DNA of 43,250 nucleotides from Candidatus Saccharimonadales bacterium (GTDB lineage Bacteria; Patescibacteriota; Saccharimonadia; Saccharimonadales; 2-12-FULL-41-12), in assembly GCA_041906505.1 (NCBI GenBank), contig JAYRJB010000014.1:1-43250 (forward strand), in the 5' to 3' direction. The position numbers and the translations under genes are program-made. Below the pieces are notes generated by a model. It searched no databases, was not told the DNA's origin, and saw only the letters and a program-made list of their open reading frames with translations. Shown here one piece after another: positions 8,179 through 17,026 of this stretch (its first letter is position 1; each line of letters begins with the position of its first letter).

Positions 8179-9441
8179 ATGTTATCGTTAAGAATTTCGG
8201 AACTTCCGACTAAGACAAGCAAATCTCATCCAGCCGATGAAACTACAAAAAATGCGCAATTGTTAATACAGGCTGGGTTTGTCCACAAAGAAATGGCAGG
8301 TGTGTATGCCTACTTGCCGCTTGGTTTGCAAGTGGTTGAAAACATTAAACAAATTGTTCGAGAAGAAATGAATTCAATTGGTGGCCAAGAAATAATAATG
8401 ACCAGCCTTCAGCGCAAAGAGTTGTGGCAAAAGACCGATAGGTGGGATGACCAAAAAGTAGATGTATGGTTTAAAAGCCAACTTAAAAATGGCACAGAAG
8501 TCGGTCTGGCCTGGTCGCATGAAGAACCGATTACAGAAATGATGAAGCAATACCTGCAAAGCTACAAAGACCTGCCGGCATATGTCTATCAGTTCCAAAC
8601 CAAGCTGCGCAATGAGCTGCGCGCAAAAAGTGGCATCATGCGCGGCCGGGAGTTCGTTATGAAAGACTTGTATTCATATTCGGTTGATGAACAAGCTCAT
8701 GAAGAGTTTTATCAAAGAGTAAGTGATGCGTATATGAGGGTATTCTCTCGGGTTGGTTTGGGAGAAGATACCTACTTTACCTATGCATCTGGCGGGGCGT
8801 TTACTGAATTCAGTCATGAGTTTCAGACAGTTACCGCTGCAGGGGAAGATACTATCTATGTTGATCGTCAGAAAAAAGTCGCCATCAACCAGGAAGTGTA
8901 TGGTGGCGATTTAATCAAAAAGCTTGGTCTTAACTCCGAGGCGCTCGAAAAGGTAAGCGCGTCTGAAGTTGGTAATATTTTTAACTTTGGTGGCACAAAA
9001 TCAGAACAACTTGGGCTATATTTTACAGACGCAAATGGTGCACAAAAACCAGTAATCCTGGGCTCGTACGGGATTGGTATTACTAGATTGATGGGTGTGA
9101 TCGCCGAACATTTTGCCGACGACAAGGGGCTTGTTTGGCCATCTCAAGTCGCACCATCACGAGTGTATCTTGTCTGCATAGGGCAAAACCAGGACGTAAA
9201 GAAAAAAGCTGAAGAATTGTTTGAGACTTTTCAGAATGAAGGAGTTAGTGTACTCTATGACGACCGAGAGGTGCGACCAGGCGAAAAGTTTGCGGATGCA
9301 GATCTAATCGGCTTGCCGTATCGAGTGGTTGTGAGTGAGGCTGGGCTGCAGAATAATACCTACGAGCTAAAGCTACGAACAAAAGATGAAGTTGTCCACC
9401 TCAACAAAGAAAAACTTATCGAAACGATTTCTCAAAAATAA
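8179..9441 (+). CDS. proS: Proline--tRNA ligase, short form lacking the INS editing domain
   Basis: GVYAYLPLG, QFQTKLRNELRAKSGIMRGREFVMKD, HEF, GSYGIGITR, YDDR...GEKFADADLIG. ORF-track start is GTG 8176. Confidence 0.95.
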   Translation: MLSLRISELPTKTSKSHPADETTKNAQLLIQAGFVHKEMAGVYAYLPLGLQVVENIKQIVREEMNSIGGQEIIMTSLQRKELWQKTDRWDDQKVDVWFKSQLKNGTEVGLAWSHEEPITEMMKQYLQSYKDLPAYVYQFQTKLRNELRAKSGIMRGREFVMKDLYSYSVDEQAHEEFYQRVSDAYMRVFSRVGLGEDTYFTYASGGAFTEFSHEFQTVTAAGEDTIYVDRQKKVAINQEVYGGDLIKKLGLNSEALEKVSASEVGNIFNFGGTKSEQLGLYFTDANGAQKPVILGSYGIGITRLMGVIAEHFADDKGLVWPSQVAPSRVYLVCIGQNQDVKKKAEELFETFQNEGVSVLYDDREVRPGEKFADADLIGLPYRVVVSEAGLQNNTYELKLRTKDEVVHLNKEKLIETISQK

Positions 9442-9519
9442 TAATTCTTAAGTTTGATATAATTGAAAGGTTTCTAGAGCCAGCCACGATTGGTGGCTGA
9501 ATTGAGAGAAAGAACAGGG

Positions 9520-9981
9520 ATGAAGAAACAGTTTAGACTTACCAAAGATGGCATAGAAGAGCTTAAAGCGGAGCTTCAGAATTTGGTTGCAAAACGCTCA
9601 ACTATTGCCGATTCCATCAAAACTGCCCGCGAACAAGGTGATTTGAGTGAGAACGCCGAGTATCATGCTGCAAAGGATGAGCACGAGCGCAACGAGGGGA
9701 GAATTGCGGAAGTTGAAGGTATTTTGAGTAATGCTGAAATTATTAAAAAACCGAAGGGTGATAGCAAAGTACAGCTTGGCAGCGTCGTCGTGCTCACAGG
9801 AAGTGGTGGAAAAACCAAAGAATTCAAGGTCGTGGGTACTGTTGAAGCTGATCCTCTGAGCGGTAAAATATCCGACGAATCTCCGATTGGACAGGCTCTG
9901 CTTGGAAAAAAAGAGGGTGATGCAGTCGAAATCGTGACTCCAGCGGACACATCAACCTACAAAGTCACTGACATTAGTTGA
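9520..9981 (+). CDS. greA: Transcription elongation factor GreA
   Basis: LTKDG...AREQGDLSENAEYHAAK, EADP...ISDESPIGQALLG. Confidence 0.96.
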   Translation: MKKQFRLTKDGIEELKAELQNLVAKRSTIADSIKTAREQGDLSENAEYHAAKDEHERNEGRIAEVEGILSNAEIIKKPKGDSKVQLGSVVVLTGSGGKTKEFKVVGTVEADPLSGKISDESPIGQALLGKKEGDAVEIVTPADTSTYKVTDIS

Positions 9982-10041
9982 TACAGAACTAAAAGCAAGA
10001 ATATTCTAATTTAGAACTCCCATCGTCTATAATCAAACACT

Positions 10042-11562
10042 ATGGCTACACTTCGTGATTATCGTGATGAGAGGATCCGCAAGCTTGATGAGCTTACGCG
10101 CCTTGGAATAAATCCGTATCCTTCACACACTGAAAGGGATACTGAGATAGCAGAAATAACCCGCTCCTTCGAGCAACTTGAGGGAAAAACAAAGACGGTT
10201 GCAGGACGTATCCGTGGAATACGAAAATTTGGGCAGATAGCCTTTTTGGTTATTCGCGACCAAAGTGGCGAAGTCCAGATTTTTCTAAAAAAAGACAGCC
10301 TTGAGGCTGAAGCAAGCGTTGCAGCTAAAAAGGATGGGGGTCTAGGATTTGATCAACTACCGCTGTTGGATACCGGTGATTTTGTGGAGGTGTGCGGAAA
10401 AGTAATTAAAACCCAGACCGGTGAAATATCAGTACAAGCAGACTCTATGCGTCTTTTAGCCAAAGCGCTTCGGCCAATGCCGACCGCAAATGAAAGTTTT
10501 TCAAACAAAGAAGAACGTCTTCGAAGGCGATATATCGACACGAATGTGAACCGGGATGTACACGATCGATATATACGACGATCGAAATTCTGGCAAGCGA
10601 CGAGAGATTTTTTGAATCAAAACAATTTTATTGAGATCAATACCCCAGTACTCGAACATACTACGGGCGGAGCTGATGCCAACCCCTTTACTACTCACAT
10701 GGACGCACTCGACGAAGATTTTTTCCTTAGAATTTCGCATGAGCTTCCCTTGAAGCGTCTGATTGGTGGCGGATACGAAAAAGTCTACGACATTGGACCA
10801 CGATTTCGTAACGAAAACTATAGCGAGGAGCATCTTCCGGAGCACGTAGCTATGGAGTGGTACTGGGCATATGCAGACTGGGACGACGGCATGGCTTTTC
10901 AAGAGGAGCTTTTTAAATATGTGTTTGAGAAAGTGTATGCGACTCATAGTTTTCAGATCAAAGGATTTGACGTTGATTTGTCGAAAAAGTGGGACAGAGT
11001 TGATTACGCTGAGTTGGTACACAAACACTACAAAATTAACGTTTTTGATACAAACATCGAAGAGGTAAAAGCACAACTCAAAGCACATAAGCTAGAGGTC
11101 GAAGCTACCGACAACCTTGCCCGATCTATTGATAAATTATGGAAAAATTTGAGAAAAGATATTGCCGGGCCGGTATGGCTGATCAACACACCGCTTTTTA
11201 TTAGTCCGCTTGCAAAAATAAATCAAGCGAATCCTAAAACTGTTCAACGATTTCAGCCAATTATTGCCGGAACTGAGCTAGGAAACGGCTACTCCGAGCT
11301 TAATGATCCGATTGATCAACTCAACAGATTTCTTGAGCAACAGGCGCTACGTGACGCTGGTGACAGAGAAGCTCAGATGCTCGACATAGATTTTGTTGAG
11401 ATGCTTGAATACGGCATGCCGCCCACCTGCGGCTGGGGCCATAGTGAGCGCGCCTTTTGGATATTTGAAGGGGTAAGTGCTCGCGAAGGGGTTCCATTTC
11501 CTCATATGCGGGCTGAAATTGACCAGACTACCAGATCAATCTATCCATCGATAGACTTCTGA
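10042..11562 (+). CDS. lysS: Lysine--tRNA ligase (class II)
   Basis: OB-fold AGRI..IRKFG, GGADANPF, LKRLIGGG, FRNE, ELGNGYSELNDP, YGMPP. Confidence 0.97.
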   Translation: MATLRDYRDERIRKLDELTRLGINPYPSHTERDTEIAEITRSFEQLEGKTKTVAGRIRGIRKFGQIAFLVIRDQSGEVQIFLKKDSLEAEASVAAKKDGGLGFDQLPLLDTGDFVEVCGKVIKTQTGEISVQADSMRLLAKALRPMPTANESFSNKEERLRRRYIDTNVNRDVHDRYIRRSKFWQATRDFLNQNNFIEINTPVLEHTTGGADANPFTTHMDALDEDFFLRISHELPLKRLIGGGYEKVYDIGPRFRNENYSEEHLPEHVAMEWYWAYADWDDGMAFQEELFKYVFEKVYATHSFQIKGFDVDLSKKWDRVDYAELVHKHYKINVFDTNIEEVKAQLKAHKLEVEATDNLARSIDKLWKNLRKDIAGPVWLINTPLFISPLAKINQANPKTVQRFQPIIAGTELGNGYSELNDPIDQLNRFLEQQALRDAGDREAQMLDIDFVEMLEYGMPPTCGWGHSERAFWIFEGVSAREGVPFPHMRAEIDQTTRSIYPSIDF

Positions 11563-11637
11563 ACGCTTAATAATTAATAAAGTCGTAACCCCACATGCTT
11601 GCATGAAAATGACAAGCGTTTACAATGTGTGTTAATT

Positions 11638-12084
11638 ATGGAAAATGTGAGTCCCGCACCAAAGAATCCTGTTGAGCTTGCAGAACCGTTTGTATTTGAG
11701 TTATCGAAACGGGCAGATTTTGATTCATTTCAGCGATCTGATGCCGAAAGGAGTGTGTTGCGGACGCTCGATAGTATGGCGGATGACTTGGGGCTGGACA
11801 GCAAAGACTACCAAGTCGCCGCGGGGAGAGCATGGTCAATACCAAAATCATTTCGTATTGACGAAGAAGTCCCGATTGGCAACCATTACGGAGTTGAGTT
11901 TTTGGGAACATTTTGTAGCCATGCAATTGTGAAAATAAACGGACTTTGTGGTCGAGAAGATATTCGGGCGTTGTGCTTAACGTTCGACGACGTAGTGATG
12001 TTGCCAGAGCTAGATAGAGTGCCAACCAATAGGGCTGTCCATGTGCCAGTTCTGGCTGTCAATGATATAATCCCAACAGATTAG
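11638..12084 (+). CDS. Hypothetical protein
   Basis: The only long plus-strand ORF between lysS and the ABC genes. TACAAT at 11621-11626 favours ATG 11638. No motif recognised. Confidence 0.65.
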   Translation: MENVSPAPKNPVELAEPFVFELSKRADFDSFQRSDAERSVLRTLDSMADDLGLDSKDYQVAAGRAWSIPKSFRIDEEVPIGNHYGVEFLGTFCSHAIVKINGLCGREDIRALCLTFDDVVMLPELDRVPTNRAVHVPVLAVNDIIPTD

Positions 12085-12104
12085 TTGGAGGATATGAAAG
12101 CACC

Positions 12105-12803
12105 GTGATTACGCTAGAGGGGGTGAGTAAGGTTTATGGTAAAAGAGATGCCGAATTTAGGGCACTTGATGACATAAATCTCGAAGTTTCTAAAGGTTCG
12201 ATTGTTGCGATTGTTGGCAAGAGCGGTAGTGGCAAAAGCACGCTTATGCACCTCATGAGCGGTCTTGATAGTCCAACCACGGGCTCGGTAAAGGTTGGTG
12301 AGAATGATCTGTCAAAAATGAGACAGCATCGCGTGGATACGTTCCGCGCAAGTTCAGTGGGCTTTATCTTTCAATCATTTTTTGTTGAGCCAAAACAGAC
12401 GTGTTATCAGAATGTCGCACTTCCTCTCGAGATCAAGGGCGTGCCCTACATAAAGCGCCGAAAACTGGTGGGCGATGCGCTCGAGAGTGTAGGTCTAAGT
12501 GACAAAACCAATGAACAGGCGGGAAATCTGTCTGGCGGTCAAAAGCAGCGGCTGGCGATTGCTCGGGCGATTGTAAACAAACCAGAGTACATTTTTGCTG
12601 ACGAGCCCACCGGTAACCTCGATTCTGTGAATGGCGAAAAAATTATCAAACTACTTTTTTCGTTGAATGAATATATTGGAAGTACGCTGATTTTTGTGAC
12701 ACACGACCAAGAGCTTGCCAAGAAATGCCAAGTTCAGATCACCCTAAAAGATGGAAAAGTTGAGCACGTGAAAGAACAAAAACCAAAGAAGGATAAAAAA
12801 TGA
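12105..12803 (+). CDS. ABC exporter ATP-binding subunit (MacB/LolD family)
   Basis: GKSGSGKS, LSGGQKQRLAIARA, FADEPTGNLD, VTHD. Confidence 0.95.
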   Translation: MITLEGVSKVYGKRDAEFRALDDINLEVSKGSIVAIVGKSGSGKSTLMHLMSGLDSPTTGSVKVGENDLSKMRQHRVDTFRASSVGFIFQSFFVEPKQTCYQNVALPLEIKGVPYIKRRKLVGDALESVGLSDKTNEQAGNLSGGQKQRLAIARAIVNKPEYIFADEPTGNLDSVNGEKIIKLLFSLNEYIGSTLIFVTHDQELAKKCQVQITLKDGKVEHVKEQKPKKDKK

Positions 12804-14191
12804 AGTTGTCCGACCTAATCAAGAGAAGTATTAGAAATCTTCGCACTGCAAAGGCGCGCACCCTACTAACCGCCTTGGCGATTGCGGTTGGTGGATTTAC
12901 GCTGACCCTTACTCTTGGCGCAGGTAATGGAGTAAGAAATTACACTGATACTCTAGTTGCGACAAATTTTGATCCAGCTGAACTTATTGTTGGCAGAGAT
13001 CCCGAGATTTCGAACACTGGTGCGCCGTCTGAGAAGCCCAAGGAATATGATGAAACGGTTTCGAGTGTGGATTTTGGCGGGCCGGGTGGCTCGGTACAGG
13101 TTAAGAGAATTACTCAAAAAGATATTCAAGAGTTGAAGTCACTTCCGTTTATTGAACAAGTCAGAGAAAACTATCAAGTTGGTGTGCGTTACATAACAAT
13201 CGACGGGCAGAAGCGATACACTGCCGCTGGAGAGATTTTTAATCCAGCTCAAAAACCAGAAATAAAAGCTGGCTCACTTGGCCCCAACGGGGAGCTTGGG
13301 CAGGGCCGAATCCTGTTGCCGGAAAGCTATCTGGGCGTCCTAAATCTTGGTAGCCCACAAGAAGCAGTTGGTAAAGTGGTGCAAATAAATGTACAACAAC
13401 CTTTTTCGGCTGAATCACTGCAACAACTGCTCGGGCAGGCGCAGGCAGGAAATTTTTCAACCGCAAATTCCGATCCATCAAGTCTTAAACCAGCTGACAA
13501 AACTGTATCTCTTCGAGTGGCTGGTGTGACAAAAAAGCCCGCGACGAGCCTGGCGGTCGGTCAGCTACCTATCGTACTCAATAACGAGGATGCTCGAGAA
13601 CTATATGACTTTACCACCAAAGGAACCTCCGACTTCGAGAAATACCTCTACGTGAACACCCGTGTAAAAGACGGTGAAAACGCCGATAAATTGGCGTCAG
13701 CCAAGTCAGAACTTGAAAAAAGAGGTTATACGGTCCAAAGTTCGAAAGACATACAAAAAACTATCACCCAGTTTGTAAACATTCTTCAAACCCTTGTCGG
13801 AGTTTTTGCGATTATTACGCTTTTGGCTTCGGTTTTCGGGATCATTAACACTCAATATATCAGCGTTCTCGAGCGTACGAGAGAGATTGGACTGATGAAA
13901 GCGCTGGGAATGAGAAGCAGAGATGTCCGTAGACTGTTTATTTTTGAAGCAAGCTGGATTGGGTTCTTGGGCGGGTTCATCGGTGCAGTTGGTGCACTTG
14001 TTGCTGGGTCGCTTCTTAACCCTTGGATCACAAAAAAATTAGATTTGGGTAATGAATCGCTCATTATCTTCAAACCCTCACAGATCGTTCTTCTGTTACT
14101 CGGCCTAATGGCCGTTGGTGCGCTTGCCGGTTACTTTCCCGCAAGAAAGGCCGCAAAAATGAATCCTATTGATGCGCTTCGGAGCGAGTAG
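12800..14191 (+). CDS. ABC exporter permease (MacB/FtsX family)
   Basis: N-terminal TM after RTLLTALAIAVG, large external domain, ERTREIGLMKALG, PARKAAKMNPIDALRSE. Confidence 0.93.
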   Translation: MKLSDLIKRSIRNLRTAKARTLLTALAIAVGGFTLTLTLGAGNGVRNYTDTLVATNFDPAELIVGRDPEISNTGAPSEKPKEYDETVSSVDFGGPGGSVQVKRITQKDIQELKSLPFIEQVRENYQVGVRYITIDGQKRYTAAGEIFNPAQKPEIKAGSLGPNGELGQGRILLPESYLGVLNLGSPQEAVGKVVQINVQQPFSAESLQQLLGQAQAGNFSTANSDPSSLKPADKTVSLRVAGVTKKPATSLAVGQLPIVLNNEDARELYDFTTKGTSDFEKYLYVNTRVKDGENADKLASAKSELEKRGYTVQSSKDIQKTITQFVNILQTLVGVFAIITLLASVFGIINTQYISVLERTREIGLMKALGMRSRDVRRLFIFEASWIGFLGGFIGAVGALVAGSLLNPWITKKLDLGNESLIIFKPSQIVLLLLGLMAVGALAGYFPARKAAKMNPIDALRSE

Positions 14192-14194
14192 CGT

Positions 14195-14686
14195 ATGAAA
14201 AAGGCATTGTTTGGGGCCGGCTGTTTTTGGGGAGTGCAATATTATTTTGATCAAGTGCCCGGGGTTTTGCGGTCTCGCGCAGGCTACAGCGGTGGCCACA
14301 CAGATCAGCCATCCTACGAAGAAGTTTGCGCTCATTCAACCGGTCATGCCGAAGTAGTGGAGCTTTCGTTTGACGAAAAAGTAGTTAGCTTTCGAACGTT
14401 GGTACGGCATTTTTTTAGAATGCACGACCCGACACAACTGAACGGGCAGGGTCTTGATATTGGAGATAATTATCGATCAATACTGTTTTATTACGACGAT
14501 GAACAGCGGAAAATTGCCTTGGCTGAGAAACAAACTGCATCGAAACAGTTTGTCAAACCAATCGTCACAGAAATCGTGCCCCACAAGGAGTTCTTCGTAG
14601 GGGAGGCTTACCATCAAAAGTTTGCTGAGCGTACAGGAAGAGGTATGTGCCATGTGGCGTACTCGCCGCTTCCTATGGATAACTAA
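14195..14686 (+). CDS. msrA: Peptide-methionine (S)-S-oxide reductase
   Basis: GAGCFWG, GYSGG, YEEVC, GHAEVV, HDPTQLNGQG, AEAYHQ-like GEAYHQ. Confidence 0.96.
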   Translation: MKKALFGAGCFWGVQYYFDQVPGVLRSRAGYSGGHTDQPSYEEVCAHSTGHAEVVELSFDEKVVSFRTLVRHFFRMHDPTQLNGQGLDIGDNYRSILFYYDDEQRKIALAEKQTASKQFVKPIVTEIVPHKEFFVGEAYHQKFAERTGRGMCHVAYSPLPMDN

Positions 14687-14778
14687 GCCCGCCCGGTTGT
14701 TTTGTGGCTGCTTTTGGTGAGTATGCTATAGTGTTGGTAATTGATTAGATAGTTCATGCTGGGGAGGCAAAAAACGCT

Positions 14779-15657
14779 ATGGCAAAGGCTAAAAAGGCTG
14801 CAGGTAAAAAAGCGACAAAACAAAGCGAAGCAAAGAAGGTTACGACTGTTCCGTCAGCTGACGCAGTTAAGCAAACGACAAAAAGGAAGCAGCTTACGCC
14901 ACTGGAGAGAATAAAGGCGCTAAACAGTTTTTCGGCGATTGTGTACCTAGTGTTGGCGGTAGTAGTCGTGGTGGTGATGGCCTCTGTTTCAGCAAAAATT
15001 GGTCTAAGTATCAAAGCACCAGACATGCTTGCAAATTCGGGCGTTGATCCTCTTGTGCCGGCTTCTGAGACGCTCTTTGATGTGCAATTGCGTTATTTTC
15101 TGGCCGCGATTCTAGTAGTCGCTGCCGTGGGTTCGGCGCTGTTGTCTACAAGACTTCGCAAAGTTTATGAGGATGGCGTGAATAAGTCTGCCAGCGCGGT
15201 AAGATGGGTGATTCTAGGGCTTAGCGCAGGTCTTATGCTTGAGTTTGTCAGTCTTATTGCTGGCATTAATGACGTGATGACCCTAAAGCTCATAGGAGGC
15301 TTGATAGTAATAACCGCATTGCTGGGCTGGATATCCGATAAAGACAATAGCTCAAAAGGTGGCAAATGGTTGGCATTTGTGTGCGCATTAATTGCCGGTA
15401 CATTGGCATGGCTGCCGTTACTCGGGTCACTTGTTGGCACCGGTGTATATGGTGACGCAAGATTTGGTTGGCACGTCTATGCGCTTTCTGGGGTAGTATT
15501 GCTTAGTTCGATGTTGATTGCGCGTACGCAGTACTTGGGTATACGTCAGACGGCGACGGCGACCACATATGTTTCGAGAGAAGAAAAGTACCTCAAGATT
15601 GATCTTGTGACAAAAATTGCGGTGGTTTTGATTGTTTTGACAGCACTTTCATCCTAA
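14779..15657 (+). CDS. Divergent heliorhodopsin-like 7TM protein
   Basis: By-eye alignment to heliorhodopsin 48C12 as I recall it: LNSFSAIVYL~FNRIAGVFHL, YEDGVNKSASAVRWV~YSASLMKNQNIFRWV, AGINDV~CGIADI, LLGWISD~LFGWLQE, IAGTLAW~IAGIVPW, HVY~FVY, EEKYLKIDLVTK~GERAYIVLSLVAK. Seven hydrophobic segments. Confidence 0.8.
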   Translation: MAKAKKAAGKKATKQSEAKKVTTVPSADAVKQTTKRKQLTPLERIKALNSFSAIVYLVLAVVVVVVMASVSAKIGLSIKAPDMLANSGVDPLVPASETLFDVQLRYFLAAILVVAAVGSALLSTRLRKVYEDGVNKSASAVRWVILGLSAGLMLEFVSLIAGINDVMTLKLIGGLIVITALLGWISDKDNSSKGGKWLAFVCALIAGTLAWLPLLGSLVGTGVYGDARFGWHVYALSGVVLLSSMLIARTQYLGIRQTATATTYVSREEKYLKIDLVTKIAVVLIVLTALSS

Positions 15658-15663
15658 GCGTAC

Positions 15664-16917
15664 ATGCGACGGGTTTCTCAGATTGCTACTATCGACAAGA
15701 TGGTACACGGTGGCTTTGCGTTAGGAACATTGGAAAATGGCAAAAAAGCCTTTGTTTGGGGCGCCTTACCTGGAGAGCGCGTCATGTTTGTGGTGACAAA
15801 AAAACATTCTGGCTACGTCGAAGGCGTGACGGAAAAGGTGCTAAAACCGTCAGATCTTCGAGTCGCTCCCAAAGACGATGGATATCTCAGCACAAGCCCC
15901 TGGCAAATAATGCGCTATTCACAAGAAAATGAATACAAAAAAAGTATTCTGCAAGAAACGTTCCGCCGGGAAGGTGTCGATATTCCCCAAATATCCTTTC
16001 ATGCGCCCAGGCGTGAGTGGGGGTATCGCAACAAGATGGAGTACTCGTTTTACGGAGACGACGAGGGATTGCACTTGGCACTATATGGTCGAGGGAGTCA
16101 TAACAAACGGATTGTCTCTGGCTCAAGTATTGCCAGAAGGGAAATTGACCTGGTTGCCAGACAAGTTTGTGAGCTGCTGAATGCACAAAGAGTTCGAGCG
16201 AGCTCACTCAAGACGATAATGCTTCGTTGTGCTGCAAACGGCGAAGTGGCGTGTGTGTTATTCGTCAAAGACAAAGAGTTTATAAAACTTCCAGACTTAA
16301 AAAATCTGTGTAAGGGTAGTGCCGTTTGTTATTCTGACCCCAAAAGTCCTGCGAGTGTTCGAACGAAGGACTTATATATGTACGGAGATATATCGTTAAC
16401 TGATTCTATACGAGGCACCAAAATAAGCTACGATGTTTTTTCATTCTTCCAAGTTAATCTCGATATTTTTGAGCAAGTAATATCGCGCATTGATAGGGAA
16501 GTGTCTGGAAAGGGTGTAATTGATCTTTACGGCGGTGTAGGTACTATTGGTTTATCAGTTTCTGGGAATGTAAAGAAAATAATAGACAGTGATTCTGCGA
16601 ATATTCGCTGGGCAAGATTAAATGCAAAGGGAAGTGTGTCGGTAGTTTCCGCAAAAGCTGAGGACGCGATAGAGCATATTAACAATGTTGATATTGTCAC
16701 TGTTGATCCACCTCGGGCTGGCTTGCATCGAAAAATTATTGAGAAGTTTGCAAAAGAGAAACCGCCAAAAATCGTATACCTTAGCTGCAACCCGTCAACT
16801 CAAGCCAGAGATATTAAATTGCTTGAGCGGTCCCATAAACTAGAAAGTCTAGAAGGATATAACTTTTTCCCAAAAACTCCACACATAGAATCCCTTGCCA
16901 TTCTCACCAGAGTATAG
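15664..16917 (+). CDS. TRAM-domain RNA m5U methyltransferase (RlmD/TrmA family)
   Basis: GALPGE, YRNKME, FFQVN, DLYGGVG, VDPPRAG, YLSCNPST, FFPKTPHIE. The Fe-S cysteines are replaced by YLSTSPWQ. Confidence 0.9.
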   Translation: MRRVSQIATIDKMVHGGFALGTLENGKKAFVWGALPGERVMFVVTKKHSGYVEGVTEKVLKPSDLRVAPKDDGYLSTSPWQIMRYSQENEYKKSILQETFRREGVDIPQISFHAPRREWGYRNKMEYSFYGDDEGLHLALYGRGSHNKRIVSGSSIARREIDLVARQVCELLNAQRVRASSLKTIMLRCAANGEVACVLFVKDKEFIKLPDLKNLCKGSAVCYSDPKSPASVRTKDLYMYGDISLTDSIRGTKISYDVFSFFQVNLDIFEQVISRIDREVSGKGVIDLYGGVGTIGLSVSGNVKKIIDSDSANIRWARLNAKGSVSVVSAKAEDAIEHINNVDIVTVDPPRAGLHRKIIEKFAKEKPPKIVYLSCNPSTQARDIKLLERSHKLESLEGYNFFPKTPHIESLAILTRV

Positions 16918-17026
16918 CCAATATCTACGCTATAACACCTTAAAATACGTGACAAAAATACGCGGTCGCACCAAAAAGTCACACGAATGTTTGTTGGGTG
17001 CGCTTTCGCGTTATACTTGGTGAAGA

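Noticed and set aside
16949-17023. 24-aa GTG ORF (MTKIRGRTKK...) and inverted repeats upstream of rsmE
   Set aside because: No SD, wrong spacing for a leaderless start, and it overlaps the rsmE promoter.
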